Positions 21,929 to 33,201 of a stretch of 64,000 nt of DNA are shown here, one piece after another (position 1 is the stretch's first letter; the number at the start of each line of letters is the position of its first letter). Origin of the DNA: an uncultured delta proteobacterium. GTDB lineage: Bacteria; Myxococcota; Myxococcia; Myxococcales; Myxococcaceae. Under the pieces are notes generated by a model. The model made no database searches and had not been told where the DNA came from. It was given only the letters and a program-made list of their open reading frames with translations. The stretch covers positions 1 through 64,000 of the forward strand of contig CAVYSY010000011.1 of assembly GCA_963771175.1 (NCBI GenBank), in the 5' to 3' direction. Both the position numbers and the translations under genes were made by a program.

Positions 21929-23035
21929 TGGCACCTCCTCGGATGGACATCGTCTTCCTGGGCCTCTCCATCACCTCCTCCTGGGGGAATGGCCACGCCA
22001 CCACCTACCGCGGGCTGGTGCGGGAGCTGGTGCGGCGGGGCCACCGGGTCCTCTTCCTCGAGCGCGACGTGCCCTGGTACGCGTCCAACCGGGACATGCC
22101 CCGGCCGCCCTACGGGCGTACGGAGCTGTACTCGAGCCTGGAGGACCTCGAGGCTCGCTTCACCCGAGATGTGCGCCTGGCGGACCTCGTGGTGGTGGGC
22201 TCGTACGTGCCCCAGGGCGTCGAGGTGGGCCGCTGGGTGCAGCAGACGGCCACGGGCATCACGGGCTTCTATGACATCGACACGCCGGTGACGCTCGCGA
22301 AGCTGGCGCGCCGGGACTACGAGTACCTGTCGCCCGAGCTCATCCCCGGCTACAGGCTCTACCTCTCCTTCACCGGCGGGCCGCTGCTGGACCGCATCGA
22401 GCGGGAGCTGGGCTCGCCCGAGGCGCTGCCCCTCTACTGCGGCGTGGACCCGGAGCTGTATCCGCCCCAGTCGATGGCGCCGCGCTGGGACCTGGGCTAC
22501 CTGGGGACGTACAGCCCGGATCGGCAGCCCGTGCTCGACACGCTGATGCTGGAGTCGGCGCGGCGCTGGAAGTCGGGACGCTTCGTGGTGGCGGGGCCGC
22601 AGTATCCGGGCTCGCTGGAGTGGCCGGCCAACGTGCTGCGGGTGGAGCACCTGCCGCCGCCGGAGCACCCGGACTTCTACAACGCGCAGCGTTTCACGCT
22701 GAACGTCACGCGCGCGGACATGGTGCGGGCGGGGTACTCGCCGAGCGTGCGCCTCTTCGAGGCCGCGGCCTGTGCCACCCCCATCATCAGCGACGTGTGG
22801 GCCGGGCTGGACACCTTCTTCACTCCCGGGGAGGAGATCCTCCTGTCGCGCTCGGCGGAGGAGACGCTGGCGTACCTCCGGGAGCTCTCCGATTCGGAGC
22901 GGCGCGCCCTGGGTGAGCGCGGCGAGGGCGCGTGTGCTGGCCGAGCACACCGCGGCCCACCGTGCGCAGACCCTGGAGGGCTACGCGCTCGCGGCGGCGG
23001 CCAGGTACCGACTTCAAGGCGGCGCGCGGACATGA
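21928..23035 (+). CDS. CgeB family glycosyltransferase-like protein 3 (frameshift near 22920)
   Basis: SSWGNGHATTYRG, YDIDTP, RLFEAAAC, HTAAHRA. Confidence 0.85.
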
Positions 23036-23231
23036 AGAGCGCGGTGGTGGGGACCTGACTGGCCGAATCGGTTCGACGTCGTCTCCAACCCCGAGTTGCC
23101 TGGGATGGTCGGTTGGCAGCGCCCGGGGAGCGAAGCGCGCTTCGCCGCATTCCCCTCATCGGCCGGTTCCGCCGAAGCGCACTTCGTCCCCTCGTCCTGA
23201 CTCCCAGAGGAAGAGAGGTCCTCGGAAGGGT

Positions 23232-23247
23232 TGGCACATGCGCTGCT
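23232..23247 (+). promoter_or_regulatory. sigma54 (-24/-12) promoter
   Basis: TGGCACATGCGCTGCT matches TGGCAC-N5-YTGCW with exact GG-N10-GC spacing; 58 bp upstream of ATG 23306 (RBS GAGGAG). Confidence 0.8.
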
Positions 23248-23305
23248 AGTGCCCTGCCCGGACCCGCGGCCGGGACCGGCCGGACCCATCACCGAGGAGC
23301 AGACC

Positions 23306-23938
23306 ATGCACGACGTGGATCGCACCTACCGGAGTTGGAGGGCGAGTCGTTCGAGTTCGAGTTCAACGCCGAGGGCGAGTGGGGCGAGGTCTTCAATGAG
23401 AACGAGCTGAACGAGCTCGCCTCGGAGCTGTTGGAGGTGCACGAACGACCAGGAGCTGGAGCAGTTCCTCGGCAACATCATCAAGAAGGTGGGCGGCGCG
23501 GTGGGCAAGTTCGTGAAGTCTCCCGTGGGAAGACGCTCGGCGGCGTGCTCAAGACGGCTGGCCAAGCAGGCGCTGCCGGTGGTGGGCGCGCGCTGGGCAA
23601 CCTGGTGCTGCCCGGCGTGGGCGGTGCCGTCGGCGGCAAGCTGGCCTCCATGGCGGGCAGCGCGCTGGGCCTCGAGCTGGAGGGCCTGAGCCAGGAGGAT
23701 CGCGAGTTCGAGGTGGCCAAGCAGGTCGTCCGGCTGTCCGCGGACGCGACCAGCACGGCGCTGACCTCGCCCGACGGCGCTCCGCCCGACAGGTGGCCGG
23801 CTCAGACGGCCGTCGACCAGGCCATGCAGAAGTATGCCCCCGGGCTTCTCTGCGCAGATGGGGCGCGCGGCGGGCACCGGTCGCCGCAGCGGACGCTGGG
23901 TGCGCAAGGGCAACCGGATCGTCCTCTACGGGATCTGA
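23306..23938 (+). CDS. Hypothetical protein A: acidic 'ELE' N-terminus, Gly/Lys-rich amphipathic middle, C-terminal SGRWVRKGNRIVLYGI (several frameshifts)
   Basis: Reconstruction MHDVDRTY..ELEGESFEFE...ELASELLEV.NDQELEQFLGNIIKKVGGAVGKFVKSPVGKTLGG...GLELEGLSQEDREFEVAKQVVRL...SGRWVRKGNRIVLYGI*. Confidence 0.75.
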
Positions 23939-23943
23939 CCACC

Positions 23944-25310
23944 ATGTCCGCTGGCTCCTTCGCCTCGTGGATGTTGTCGCAGGAGGCCCGCGCACTGCTC
24001 ACGCGGCTCGAGCGCATCAAGTCCTTCGCCATGTCGGAGACGATGGTGCCGGCCGCGACGCTCTCCGTCGAGGCGCAGGCGGCGGTCGAGGGCTACCTGC
24101 AGCAGGGGCGTCGTGAGCTGCGCGAGCAGATCCACCGTACATCTCCTGGGTGGAGGGACCGGAGGGCCAGTGGGCGCTCGCCCGCGCAGCGCAGCGGCGC
24201 TTCACCTTCCTGCGCCTGCGCTTCAACGTGGTGCTCGTCGCACTTCGACATCTTCAGCGAGGCCATGAGCCAGCGAAGCGAGGCCGACAACGGCGTCTGG
24301 CTCGCCGGGTTGGACGTGGTCGCCAAGGACGCGCTGGAGCTGCCCGGCTACTACGAGGTACCCCCCGTCATCTGCTACCTGGCCCGCGGACCCGGGGCGG
24401 CCATCCGTCGCGCGCGCACGCGGCTGCCCGGGCGGCGGGGAGAGCCCGGCGGCGCATCATCCGTGTCCCCCGCGAGCGGATGATCGGCAGCGCCATCGCC
24501 TCCTCGCTCATCCACGAGGTGGGCCACCAGGGCGCGGCGCTGCTGGACCTGGTGGCCTCGCTGCGCACGGCCCTGCGCGAGCGTGTCCCACGAAGGCACC
24601 GAGGACGCAGCAGGCCTGGCGCCTGTGGGAGCGGTGGATCTCCGAGATCATCGCGGACTTCTGGTCCGTGGCGCGCGTGGGCAGTCGACGTCCACGTTGG
24701 GGCTGATGGGGGTGGTGAGCCTGCCGCGGCCGTTCGTGTTCCGGTTGAACGTGGACGATCCGCACCCCATGCCCGTGGATCCGCGTGAAGCTGAGCAGCG
24801 CGTTGGGCCGGGCGCTGTACCCCCACCCGCAGTGGGCGCGGCTGTCGCGGTTGTGGGAGGAGCTCTACCCGGTCGAGGGGCTGTGAGGCGGCACCGCCGG
24901 GTGCTCGCCGCGCTGGAGGCGAGCCTGCCGCGGGTGGTGCGCTTCTGGTGGAGCACCGGCCCGCCGCGCTGCGCGGCCGCACGCTGGTGGAGGTGATGGA
25001 GACGCGGGAGCCGCCAGCCCGCGCGGCTCGCGCGAGCTGTTCGCGAGTACCGCTGCCCGGCGCTCGTCGCATCCGCGACGCCCCGCCCTCGCTGGCCTTC
25101 GCCGTGGTCGGGCCAGGGCCGCTCCGTACGGGACCCTCACGCCCGAGGAGGAGAGCGAGGCCCTGGCCGAGCTGCTGCAGCTACTGGGCGCTGCGCAGCA
25201 CGCTCGATGCGTCGGAGATCTGCGCCTCGCTCTCCAAGTCCCGGGCCTCGGCGGCGGCGCTCCGGGTCCCCGCGTTGCCACGGCATTCCGTCACCGAGAG
25301 TTGGAGGAAG
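23944..25310 (+). CDS. Hypothetical protein B, HExxH zinc-metallopeptidase-like (many frameshifts; 3' end approximate)
   Basis: SSLIHEVGHQ (24513-24527), downstream WISEIIADFW as possible third ligand, DDPHP; starts 5 bp after gene A. Confidence 0.7.
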
Positions 25311-25314
25311 GATC

Positions 25315-27240
25315 ATGGCTGGCGTCAACATCACGGCTTTACCCGAAACCATCAGCGAGGGAGGCATCGTCAAGCTGACCGCCACCCCCGCCAAGCTGGA
25401 CCATGCGGTCAAGCGGCGTGTCTTCACCTGGAAGGTGGAAGGCGGCACCGTCACGCCGACCTCCAAAGAGGGCGATTCCGCGCAGTGGGACACCACCGGG
25501 CTGGTCCCCAGCATGTACACGGTGTCCGTCAACCTGCAGGAGTTCGATGCGCACAACAAGAAGCTCCACGAGTTCGATGGCACGGGGGCCGTGGAGGTCA
25601 CCGCGCGCCCGGGGGTAGCGGCGGCGGCCGTGGCCATTCCGGCGGCCGTTTCGGAGGCCACCGTCAAGCAGATGGTGCGCGAGGCGATGGCTGACTTCCG
25701 GGAGTCCGCCGTGTCTCCCACCTTCCGTGCCGGGGCCATCCCCGTGACGCTGCGGCGCGCCAGCTCCATCCCCACGACCGACCAGATCCTCTGGATGGTC
25801 ATCCGCCAGTCCACCAACAACCTCTCGTTCAGGAGCTACGCCGATTTCATCGACGACGTTCCTGTGCACGGAGCACCGACACCTGCGCCACGCACCGCCC
25901 GCCCGGGGGAGACGGCGATCAAGGACGGTGCGGCCTCACGCATGGCCCTGCCCTTCCCGGGGGTGGATGCCTACCGCAGCTCAAGGCCGCCACCGAGGTC
26001 TTCGTCCTGGTGAACTGCGGCGTGCTGGTGGACTTCCTCGGCGACAAGGAGTTCTTCTCGAGAACGTCCTGGAGCAGATCGACACCGTGCAGGAGGAGGC
26101 CCGCACCGGCTTTCCCAGCAGGGATCCGATTCCGGGCGACAATCTGCCGACCACGCAGAGCTGTGGAACCTCTACCTGGAGAACGTGAACGGCAGCGTCG
26201 GATGCGGCCCTGCCCTACCTGGCCATCATCCGAGCCAAGCTCCCCGACGTGCCGATCATCGTGCCGCACCACCACCACCGAAGAGGAGCTGATCAACTGC
26301 GTCGGCATCCTCCGCGAGAAGCTCGGGCTACCCCTCTTCCTCGAGCTCATCTGGAACTACTGGCACGGAGGAGGGGATGCTGGTCCAGACCATGAACCAC
26401 ATCAGCCAGCGCTTCCAGAACATCGCGGGCACCGGCGACCGCGACCCGCTGGCCAACCTGGAGATCGATCCGCTGCGGCCGCTCAACAACCTGCTGTGGG
26501 GCTACATCCAGGACGAGCAGAACCGGCTGAGCGTCGATGCGCCGCGCCTCACGAGTACGACCACCAGTACGGCTTCGACGCTGCACGGCAAGGCGGTCAC
26601 CGGGCTGCGCACCGCGGACCGGCGCTCGCAAGTTCCTCGAGTCCTTCCACAACCTGCTGCTACCGCTGCGTGCAGTTCTTCCGGCAGGACGACGACACCA
26701 CGGTGGTGGCGGACGGCTTCCCGGTGCTCAACTGCCATCAAGGAGACGCACTACCTGCTGGCGCAGGGCGCCCACAACCAGTTCGGCGACCTGCCCTCCA
26801 CGGCGCGCCAGGAGATGCTGATGCAGCAGTGGCTGCTGTCGCGCCCGGAGATGCGCGAGTTCCTCGGCGGGCGGGTGATGGTGCCCTACCCGGAGCCGTG
26901 GATGGACCGGGTGGACGCGATGAAGTCGCTGCAGGGCTGGACGGACATCAGCGTGGTGCACTTCCACGACCTGGCGCGTCTTCGGCGAGCAGCTGCTGCT
27001 GTCGCGTGCGCTACGGCGCCTGGAGCGTCGCCGAACGACCCGGCCCAGGCCGCCAACTGGGCGCGCTACTGGAGGCCGGAGATCCAGGGCTACATCCACG
27101 CGTACCGCGCCGTCACCGGCGTGGACCTGACGGCGGACATCACCGACCGGCAGGCGCTGGCCGAGCGCTACGTGCCGCCCTCCGTCCACCTGCGCAACCG
27201 GTTGGCCGTGCAGCAGGAGGCGGTGGCACTGGGGACGCCG
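25315..27240 (+). CDS. Large hypothetical protein C with a possible N-terminal Ig-like segment (many frameshifts; stop not resolved)
   Basis: GGAGG RBS; FTWKVEGG...AQWDTTGL..YTVSV; later LELIWNYWH, NLEIDPLRPLNNLLWGYIQDEQ, EYDHQYG, GAHNQFGDLP, WMDRVDAMK, AANWARYWRPEIQGYIHAYRAVTGVDL. Confidence 0.7.
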
Positions 27241-27248
27241 GAGCCGCC

Positions 27249-28344
27249 GTGCTCGACTTCACCACCGCGCTCTACCTGGGTCTGCAGCACGCGAGCAGCG
27301 ACGCTCGCGCCGTGGGAGCAGCTCACCTCGGCGTCCCCGGCGGTCCTGCGGAGCCACCGGAGAGCGCCGCGGAGGCGCGCGCGCCGTGGCGCGACCTGGT
27401 GGGCTCGCGCGCGCGCTGCTCGCCCGGTCCACGCTGCACCTGTTCTGGGACGTGTTCGAGCGTGGGCGCGGGGGCGCGCCGTCTGTCCCTGCTTTGGGAT
27501 GAGGGCAGCTATCCGGTGGCGCGGTGGGGGATGGAGCGGGCAGTGGCGCGCGGCGTGCCCGCGCGGAGCTTTCCTCATCATCGCCGGCGGCGCTGCAGCG
27601 CCGGCTTGCGCGAGAGCCCCGCCGGGTCGCCGGCGCGCGGTGGTGGTCTCAGCGACGGCTTGGTGTCCGGGCTGCGGCCGCGCGGCGCCACTCGTGCGCT
27701 ACCTGGAGGTGCTGCGGGCCCACGGGGGCCTGCTCGTGCTGGATGACACCCAGGCCCTGGGGTGTTCGGCACGCCGCGGCCCGGGCAGCCCTACGGAGCC
27801 GGCGGGCGGCGGCTCGCTGCGGTAGTCCGGCATGGGCGATGGGCCGGACGTGCTGTGGTGCGGCTCGCTGGCCAAGGCGTTCGGCGTGCCGATGGCGGTG
27901 CTGGCCGGTAGCCCGAAGTGGTGGGCAGGTACGAGGCGCTCAGCGAGACGCGGGTGCACTGCAGCCCACCCTCGGTGGCGGACCTCCATGCCGCCGAGCA
28001 CGCGGTGGCGCTCAACCTCCGGGGGGGGACGTGCTCCGGAAGGGTTGGCGCGGCGGGTGCGGCCACTTCCGGGTGAGGTTGCGGCAGGCGGGGTTGAGCG
28101 CGATCGGCGGGCTCTTCCCGGTGCAGCGGCTCCAGTTGCCCGCGGACGTGGACCCGGGCGCGGTCCAGCGAGCGGTTGCAGCAGCCGCGGCATGCGCACC
28201 GTGCTGCAGCGCTGGCGCTGCGGCCCGGAGGTGTCGGTGAGCTTCATGCTCACCGCGCGGCACGCCGCGGCGGAGCTGGATGCAGGCCGTGGAGGCGCTG
28301 GTGGAGGCCGTCCACGGAAGACATCGAGGAGGGCACGTCGATGA
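27249..28344 (+). CDS. PLP-dependent aminotransferase class I/II-fold enzyme, BioF/AONS-like (many frameshifts)
   Basis: MLDFTTALYLGL, STLHLFWD, VVVSDG, LLVLDDTQALG, SLAKAFG (PLP lysine), HCSPPS. Confidence 0.7.
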
Positions 28345-29364
28345 GTGAGTGGACGAGTACGAGAGCGGAAGCTGGAGCCGAGAGACTGGCGGACGAAGAG
28401 GAGGTCGCGCTGGCCGCTCGGTCCTTCCGTCTTCCCCCGCGAGCCGGGCTCCCGCGTTGCGCGCCCCTTCTGAGTGCGGCGGGACCGGACGCGCGGCGGC
28501 GGGTGTCCCAGGGCGCACGGCCTGGCCGTGCGCGGTCCGGGCAGAGGGCCGTCCCGCTTCGCGCCAGCGCCCAGGTCGCGGAGGTGCGTGCGGAGGCCGC
28601 GGGCCGGCGATGGCCCGGGCTCGTCCCTGCTTCTCATGGACGGCCATCCGGCTACGCTGCCCGTGCCACGAGCCTCCTCCCGCCTCCGCCCGAGACCGCC
28701 CCGCCGAGCCCCCGGAGGACGTGGCGGCACAGACCCCGGAGGACGCAGCCGCCGAGCCGCCCGAGGAGCCGGCCCTCCGGCGGACAGCGCCGCTCCGGCC
28801 CGAGCGAGGCCGGGGAGCCGCGCCGAGACCATCAGGAGTTCGGCGGGGCGCGAAGCCGGGGACTCACCTGCCGCGCGGACTTGCCCTCCAGGACGTACGC
28901 AGATGGATCGCCACCCGTTCTCCGGGATGCCGGCCGGCAGACGGCCTCTACTGGTCGTGGACGCCCGAGGCCGGCGCTGCCCCTCTACGTGGGAGAGACG
29001 GACAACCTCGCGGGACGCTGGCGGGAGCGCCTGCTCGGCCGTGTACCAGGTGGGGCTGCCCGGAACGGGGACCTGCTCCCACGCCGCTCAAGGTCTGGTT
29101 CGGGACGATGCCCAACACCCGAACCGAGCGCAAGACGGCGGAGCATGCCCTCATCCGCACGCTCCTGCTCACCGGCGTCGTGCCCGCGGGCCACCTGCGC
29201 AACCGAGCCTCCTTCAGGCAGTTCCGCGTGAGGGCGACGTGATGGAGATCCGAACCTGCTGCCCCGGGAACGCGTGGGGCGTCCGGGCCGCCAAGGCTCC
29301 TGGCATCACCAAACGAGCGCTCTCGCTCGCCGACAAGGCGACCTACGAGCTGTTCAGGCGCTGA
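28341..29364 (+). CDS. Hypothetical protein E: acidic/low-complexity N-terminus plus GIY-YIG-like C-terminal domain (frameshifted)
   Basis: GAGGAGG RBS; pieces GLYWSW, PLYVGETDNLAGRW, KVWFG, KTAEHALIR, LRN. Confidence 0.5.
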
Positions 29365-29374
29365 CGAGGCGGAG

Positions 29375-30170
29375 ATGATCATCGACTGCCACTGCCACGC
29401 GGGCAAGGGCGACGGGCTCACCGGGCCCCTGGGACACGGCCGCCCCGCTGGAGGACTACCTGCGGCGCGCGGCCGCCGCCGGCATCACCCGCACGGTGCT
29501 GCTTTGCCGCCTTCCACTCGGACTACGCAGGCGGCGAACCGCCAGGTGGCGCGGCTCGTGGCGGCCGACCCGGAGCGCTTCTACGGCTTCGCGTGCGTGC
29601 ACGCCGCCGAGCGACCGCGGGCGCGTGTTCGCGCTGGTGCAGGAGGCGGTGCAGCGGCTAGGCTTCCGCGGCCTCAAGGTGCACCGCCACGAGGCGCGCA
29701 TCACCCGCGAGGTGTGCGAGGTGGCGCGCGCCTTCGCGCTGCCCGTGCTCTACGACGTGATGGGCGAGGTCTCGCAGCGTGGAGCTGCTCGCCACCGAGT
29801 ACCCGCACGTGGCCTTCATCATCCCGCACCTGGGCAGCTTCGCGGACGACTGGCGGGCGCAGCGCGCGCTGCTGGACCCGCTGTCGCGCCATGCCCAACG
29901 TCTACGCCGACACCGCCGGGAGTGCGCCGCTTCGACCTGCTGGAGGAGGCGGTGGAGCGGGCCGGAGCGCACAAGCTGCTCTTCGGCTCGGACGGCCCGT
30001 GGCTGCACCCGGGGGTGGAGCTGGCCAAGGTGCGCGCGCTGGAGCTGTCCCCGAAGGACGAGCAGCTCGGTGCTGGGCGGCAACCTGCTGCGGTTGATGG
30101 AGCGAGCGCCGGCCGAGGCCCGTGGGGCGCGGCCTCGCTGGCAGGGACCGGCCCGACGGCGGTCGGATGA
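29375..30170 (+). CDS. Amidohydrolase_2 family metallohydrolase (frameshifted)
   Basis: MIIDCHCHAG, GFRGLKVH, IIPHLGS, NVYADT, LLFGSDGPW, LGGNL. Confidence 0.8.
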
Positions 30171-30199
30171 GAGGAAGTGCGCGATCCCTGGACGCTCCC

Positions 30200-31607
30200 G
30201 ACGCCGAGCCCGGCGCCCGCGGAGCGCGGGCTCCTCGTCGCCGCTGGGCGCGGCGCAGCTGCAGCGCGCGATCGGTGACGCCCAGCCGCCGGGCGGCGCG
30301 CTGGAGGTTGCCCTGCTCCTCGGCGAGGGCCAGCCGGATCGCCGTGTCCGAGGCGATCCGGCCGATCTCCTTGAGCCCCACCCCGAGCGACAGCGCGCGC
30401 TGGATGGCCTGCGCGAACGGCGACGTCCTGCCAGGTCGCCCCGTAGCCCTGTCGCCGCGGAGAGCTGCGGGCAGCTCGTCGGGCGGGATGTCCCCCACGA
30501 GATGGGCCCGGTACCCACGTGCCGCTTGCAGATGCCGCCCGATGAGCTGGCGCAGCTCGCGGATGTTGCCCGGGTAGCTGCGCGCAGGAGGTACTCCCTC
30601 ACGTGGGCGATCCAGCTCGAGCGCGCATGTCGGGCCGCATCGTCGGAGGAAGTGGCGCGCCAGCGGGAGGATGTCCTCGGGGCGCTCGCGCAGGGGAGGC
30701 AGCCGGCACACCCAGCTCGTGATGCGGTGGAAGAGGTCGCGGCGGAAGTCTGCCGCGGGCGACCTCCTCGGCCAGCTCACGGTTGGTCGCGCAGACCAGC
30801 CGGAAGTCGGCGTGCTGCCAGGTGTTGCTGCCCACGCGCTTGTACAGGTGCGCTCCTGCACCACGCGCAGCAACTGCGCCTGCAGGGACAGCCGGCAGCT
30901 CGCCCACCTCGTCGAGGAAGAGCGTGCCGCCGTCCGCCAGCGCGAAGGCGCCGTCGCGCGCGTTCATCGCCCCCGTGAAGGCGCCTCGCTCGTGGCCGAA
31001 GAACTCGCTGCCGGACAGCTCTGGCACCACCGTGCGTGCAGTCCAGCGTCACGAACTCCCGCTTGCCCGCGCGCGCGTCCAGCTCGTGGACGAGCCGCGC
31101 CACCTCCTCCTTGCCGGTGCCGCTCTCGCCGAGCAGCAGCACCGAGGCGTCGGTGAAGGCGGCCATCTCCACCAGCTGCTGCAGCACCGGGAACCACGCG
31201 GGCGCCCGCCCACCAGGTGCTCCTGCACGCAGGGCGAATCGACGAGCGCGTCCACCGCGCAGCCAGCGCTCGAGCCGCACGGCGATCTCCTCCACCGGGT
31301 CGCTCGAGCCGCGCCCAGGTGAGCACGTCCGAGGCCCCGGCCCGCAGCAGACGCCAGCAGGCGCCGGCCCGGCCAGCGCGTGGCCCGTGGTGGCCACCAC
31401 CAGCACCCGTGTTGAGGCGCTCAGCCGGCAATCCCGCACGGCTTCCAGCGTGGTCACTCCCGCCTCATCGAAGACGAGCACCCCGAGGCCGGAGGGTGCT
31501 TCCTCGCCATGCACCATCGTCTCGATGCCCGCGCGTTGCAGGGCCTCCAGCACCGTCGAGCGGAGCTGGGTGGCTCCACTCCCCAGGAAACGGATCCAGG
31601 CCTTCAT
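30200..31607 (-). CDS. sigma54-dependent enhancer-binding transcriptional activator (frameshifted; 3' end approximate)
   Basis: [53 protein letters not shown], Fis-type [15 protein letters not shown]. Confidence 0.9.
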
Positions 31608-31979
31608 GTGGCACCAATCCGGTTTCCGGACAGAGGGGAGGGAAGAGGAGGAACCTCACCGTCTCGGCTTGCATGCAACGGCAATGGACGGACCTCCTGG
31701 TGGACGACTCAGAAGGCACCCCCGGCGGCGACGTTCTCGGGTGTTCATTCCCCCGCTCAGGCGTTCGATTCCTGAGCTGAGACCGGCCTGACCTCTCTCT
31801 CCCACCAGCCACCATCATCCCCAATCCACTCTCCACTCAAAAGATGTACATCCGCCGAATATCGGCTCGAACACAGAAGGCGTTTGACGAGTGGACAAGA
31901 GGGCCCGCGACGGCGGGCGGCAACGCCTCTGGCAGTAGCCGCCGCCGAAGCGGTTCTTGTCAGCCCCTTCCGACGGGGC

Positions 31980-33005
31980 TCACTGGCACGCGGCCACCAG
32001 CCGGCGCTCGGGCCGTGCCTCCCAGTGGCGCTGATGGAAGGCGTAGCCGACCACCAGCGGCATCGTCACCGTGGCCTCGCCGTAGACCATCTGCTCCGCG
32101 GTGGTGGCCACCTTTCCCCAACTGCTCGCCTCGCGCAGCGTGGAGCCGGAGAGTGCCCCATCGCGCTCATCCGCCACGGTGAGCTGCACGGCGTACTTGT
32201 GCATGGCCACCGGCTGGCCGACGAAATCGGCCGCCACCACCACGTCCTGGGCGAAGTTCTTCGGCACCCCGCCACCGACCATGAAGAGGCCCGAGTCCTG
32301 GAGGGCGAGCTGGCAGCGCGTCAGCTCCAGGAAGTCCCGCGCGCTGTCGATGGACAACTGGGGCCTTCCCGCCGCGTCCACTGGTGATGGACGAGCCCGA
32401 AGCCCGCCGAGCAGTCGCTGAAGGCCGGGCAGAAGATGGGGACGACCCGCCTCGTGCGCGGCGAGCACCACGCTGTCGCGCGTCTTGCCATGACGGGCGA
32501 GGTAGCGCCCCATCTCGCCGATGAACTCCCGGGACGAGTAGGGGCGGGTCTCCAGCTCGCTGGCGAGCCGGGCGATGGTGGCATCGCACTCGCGCAGCTC
32601 GTCCTCGTCGATGAAGGTGTCGTAGATGCGGTCGATGTGCAGCTCGCGCAGGGTGTTGTCGTCCGCGTGGGGGCTGCCCCGGTAATGGCGGAAGCCCAGG
32701 GCCTCGAAGAAGTCCTGGTCCACGATGAGCGCCCCGGTGGACACGATGGCGTCCACCATCCGGTGGCGGATCATGTCCACGACCACCTGCTTGAGGCCCG
32801 CGGAGAAGAGCGAGCCCGCCAGGCAGAGGATGATGCCGCAGTCCTTGTCCTCCAGCATGGCGTCGTAGAGGGTGGCCGCGCGGTGCAGGTTGCGAGCCTG
32901 GAAGGCCATGTGGCCCATGGCCCGCACGAGGGGGCGGACGTCATGGGCCTTGATGTCGATGTGCTCGATGGTGTCTTGGAGTAGCTCGGTCTTGAGCGGG
33001 GTCAT
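31980..33005 (-). CDS. Deoxyhypusine synthase-like protein (polyamine/homospermidine-type pathway); two compensating frameshifts near 32375-32445
   Basis: FQARNL, IVSTGA, IDRIYD, PIFCPAFSDCSAG (alternate frame), GGGVPKNF, DGALSG, EASSWGK, EAT. Confidence 0.85.
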   Translation of the reverse strand: MTPLKTELLQDTIEHIDIKAHDVRPLVRAMGHMAFQARNLHRAATLYDAMLEDKDCGIILCLAGSLFSAGLKQVVVDMIRHRMVDAIVSTGALIVDQDFFEALGFRHYRGSPHADDNTLRELHIDRIYDTFIDEDELRECDATIARLASELETRPYSSREFIGEMGRYLARHGKTRDSVVLAAHEAGRPHLLPGLQRLLGGLRARPSPVDAAGRPQLSIDSARDFLELTRCQLALQDSGLFMVGGGVPKNFAQDVVVAADFVGQPVAMHKYAVQLTVADERDGALSGSTLREASSWGKVATTAEQMVYGEATVTMPLVVGYAFHQRHWEARPERRLVAACQ

Positions 33006-33201
33006 GCTGTTTGCTTCCCATGCGACCGGTGGAACGTCCCGGGGGGCTTGGGCCGCGAACAAAAGCCACCCGGAGCGTCCTACGGCCCGGCAGGTGCGGG
33101 GCCGCCATTGGAACGCCGAGTGGCTGCAACGGCTCTCATCCTGACATGAAACGGGCGCATCGACAATCTGAAGTGAATCCCCGTCGAGCGCCCATCACCC
33201 C

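Noticed and set aside
20398..23058. 886-aa CgeB-CgeB fusion ORF
   Set aside because: Artefact of frameshifts; two separate genes are joined by a TGATG overlap at 21926-21930.
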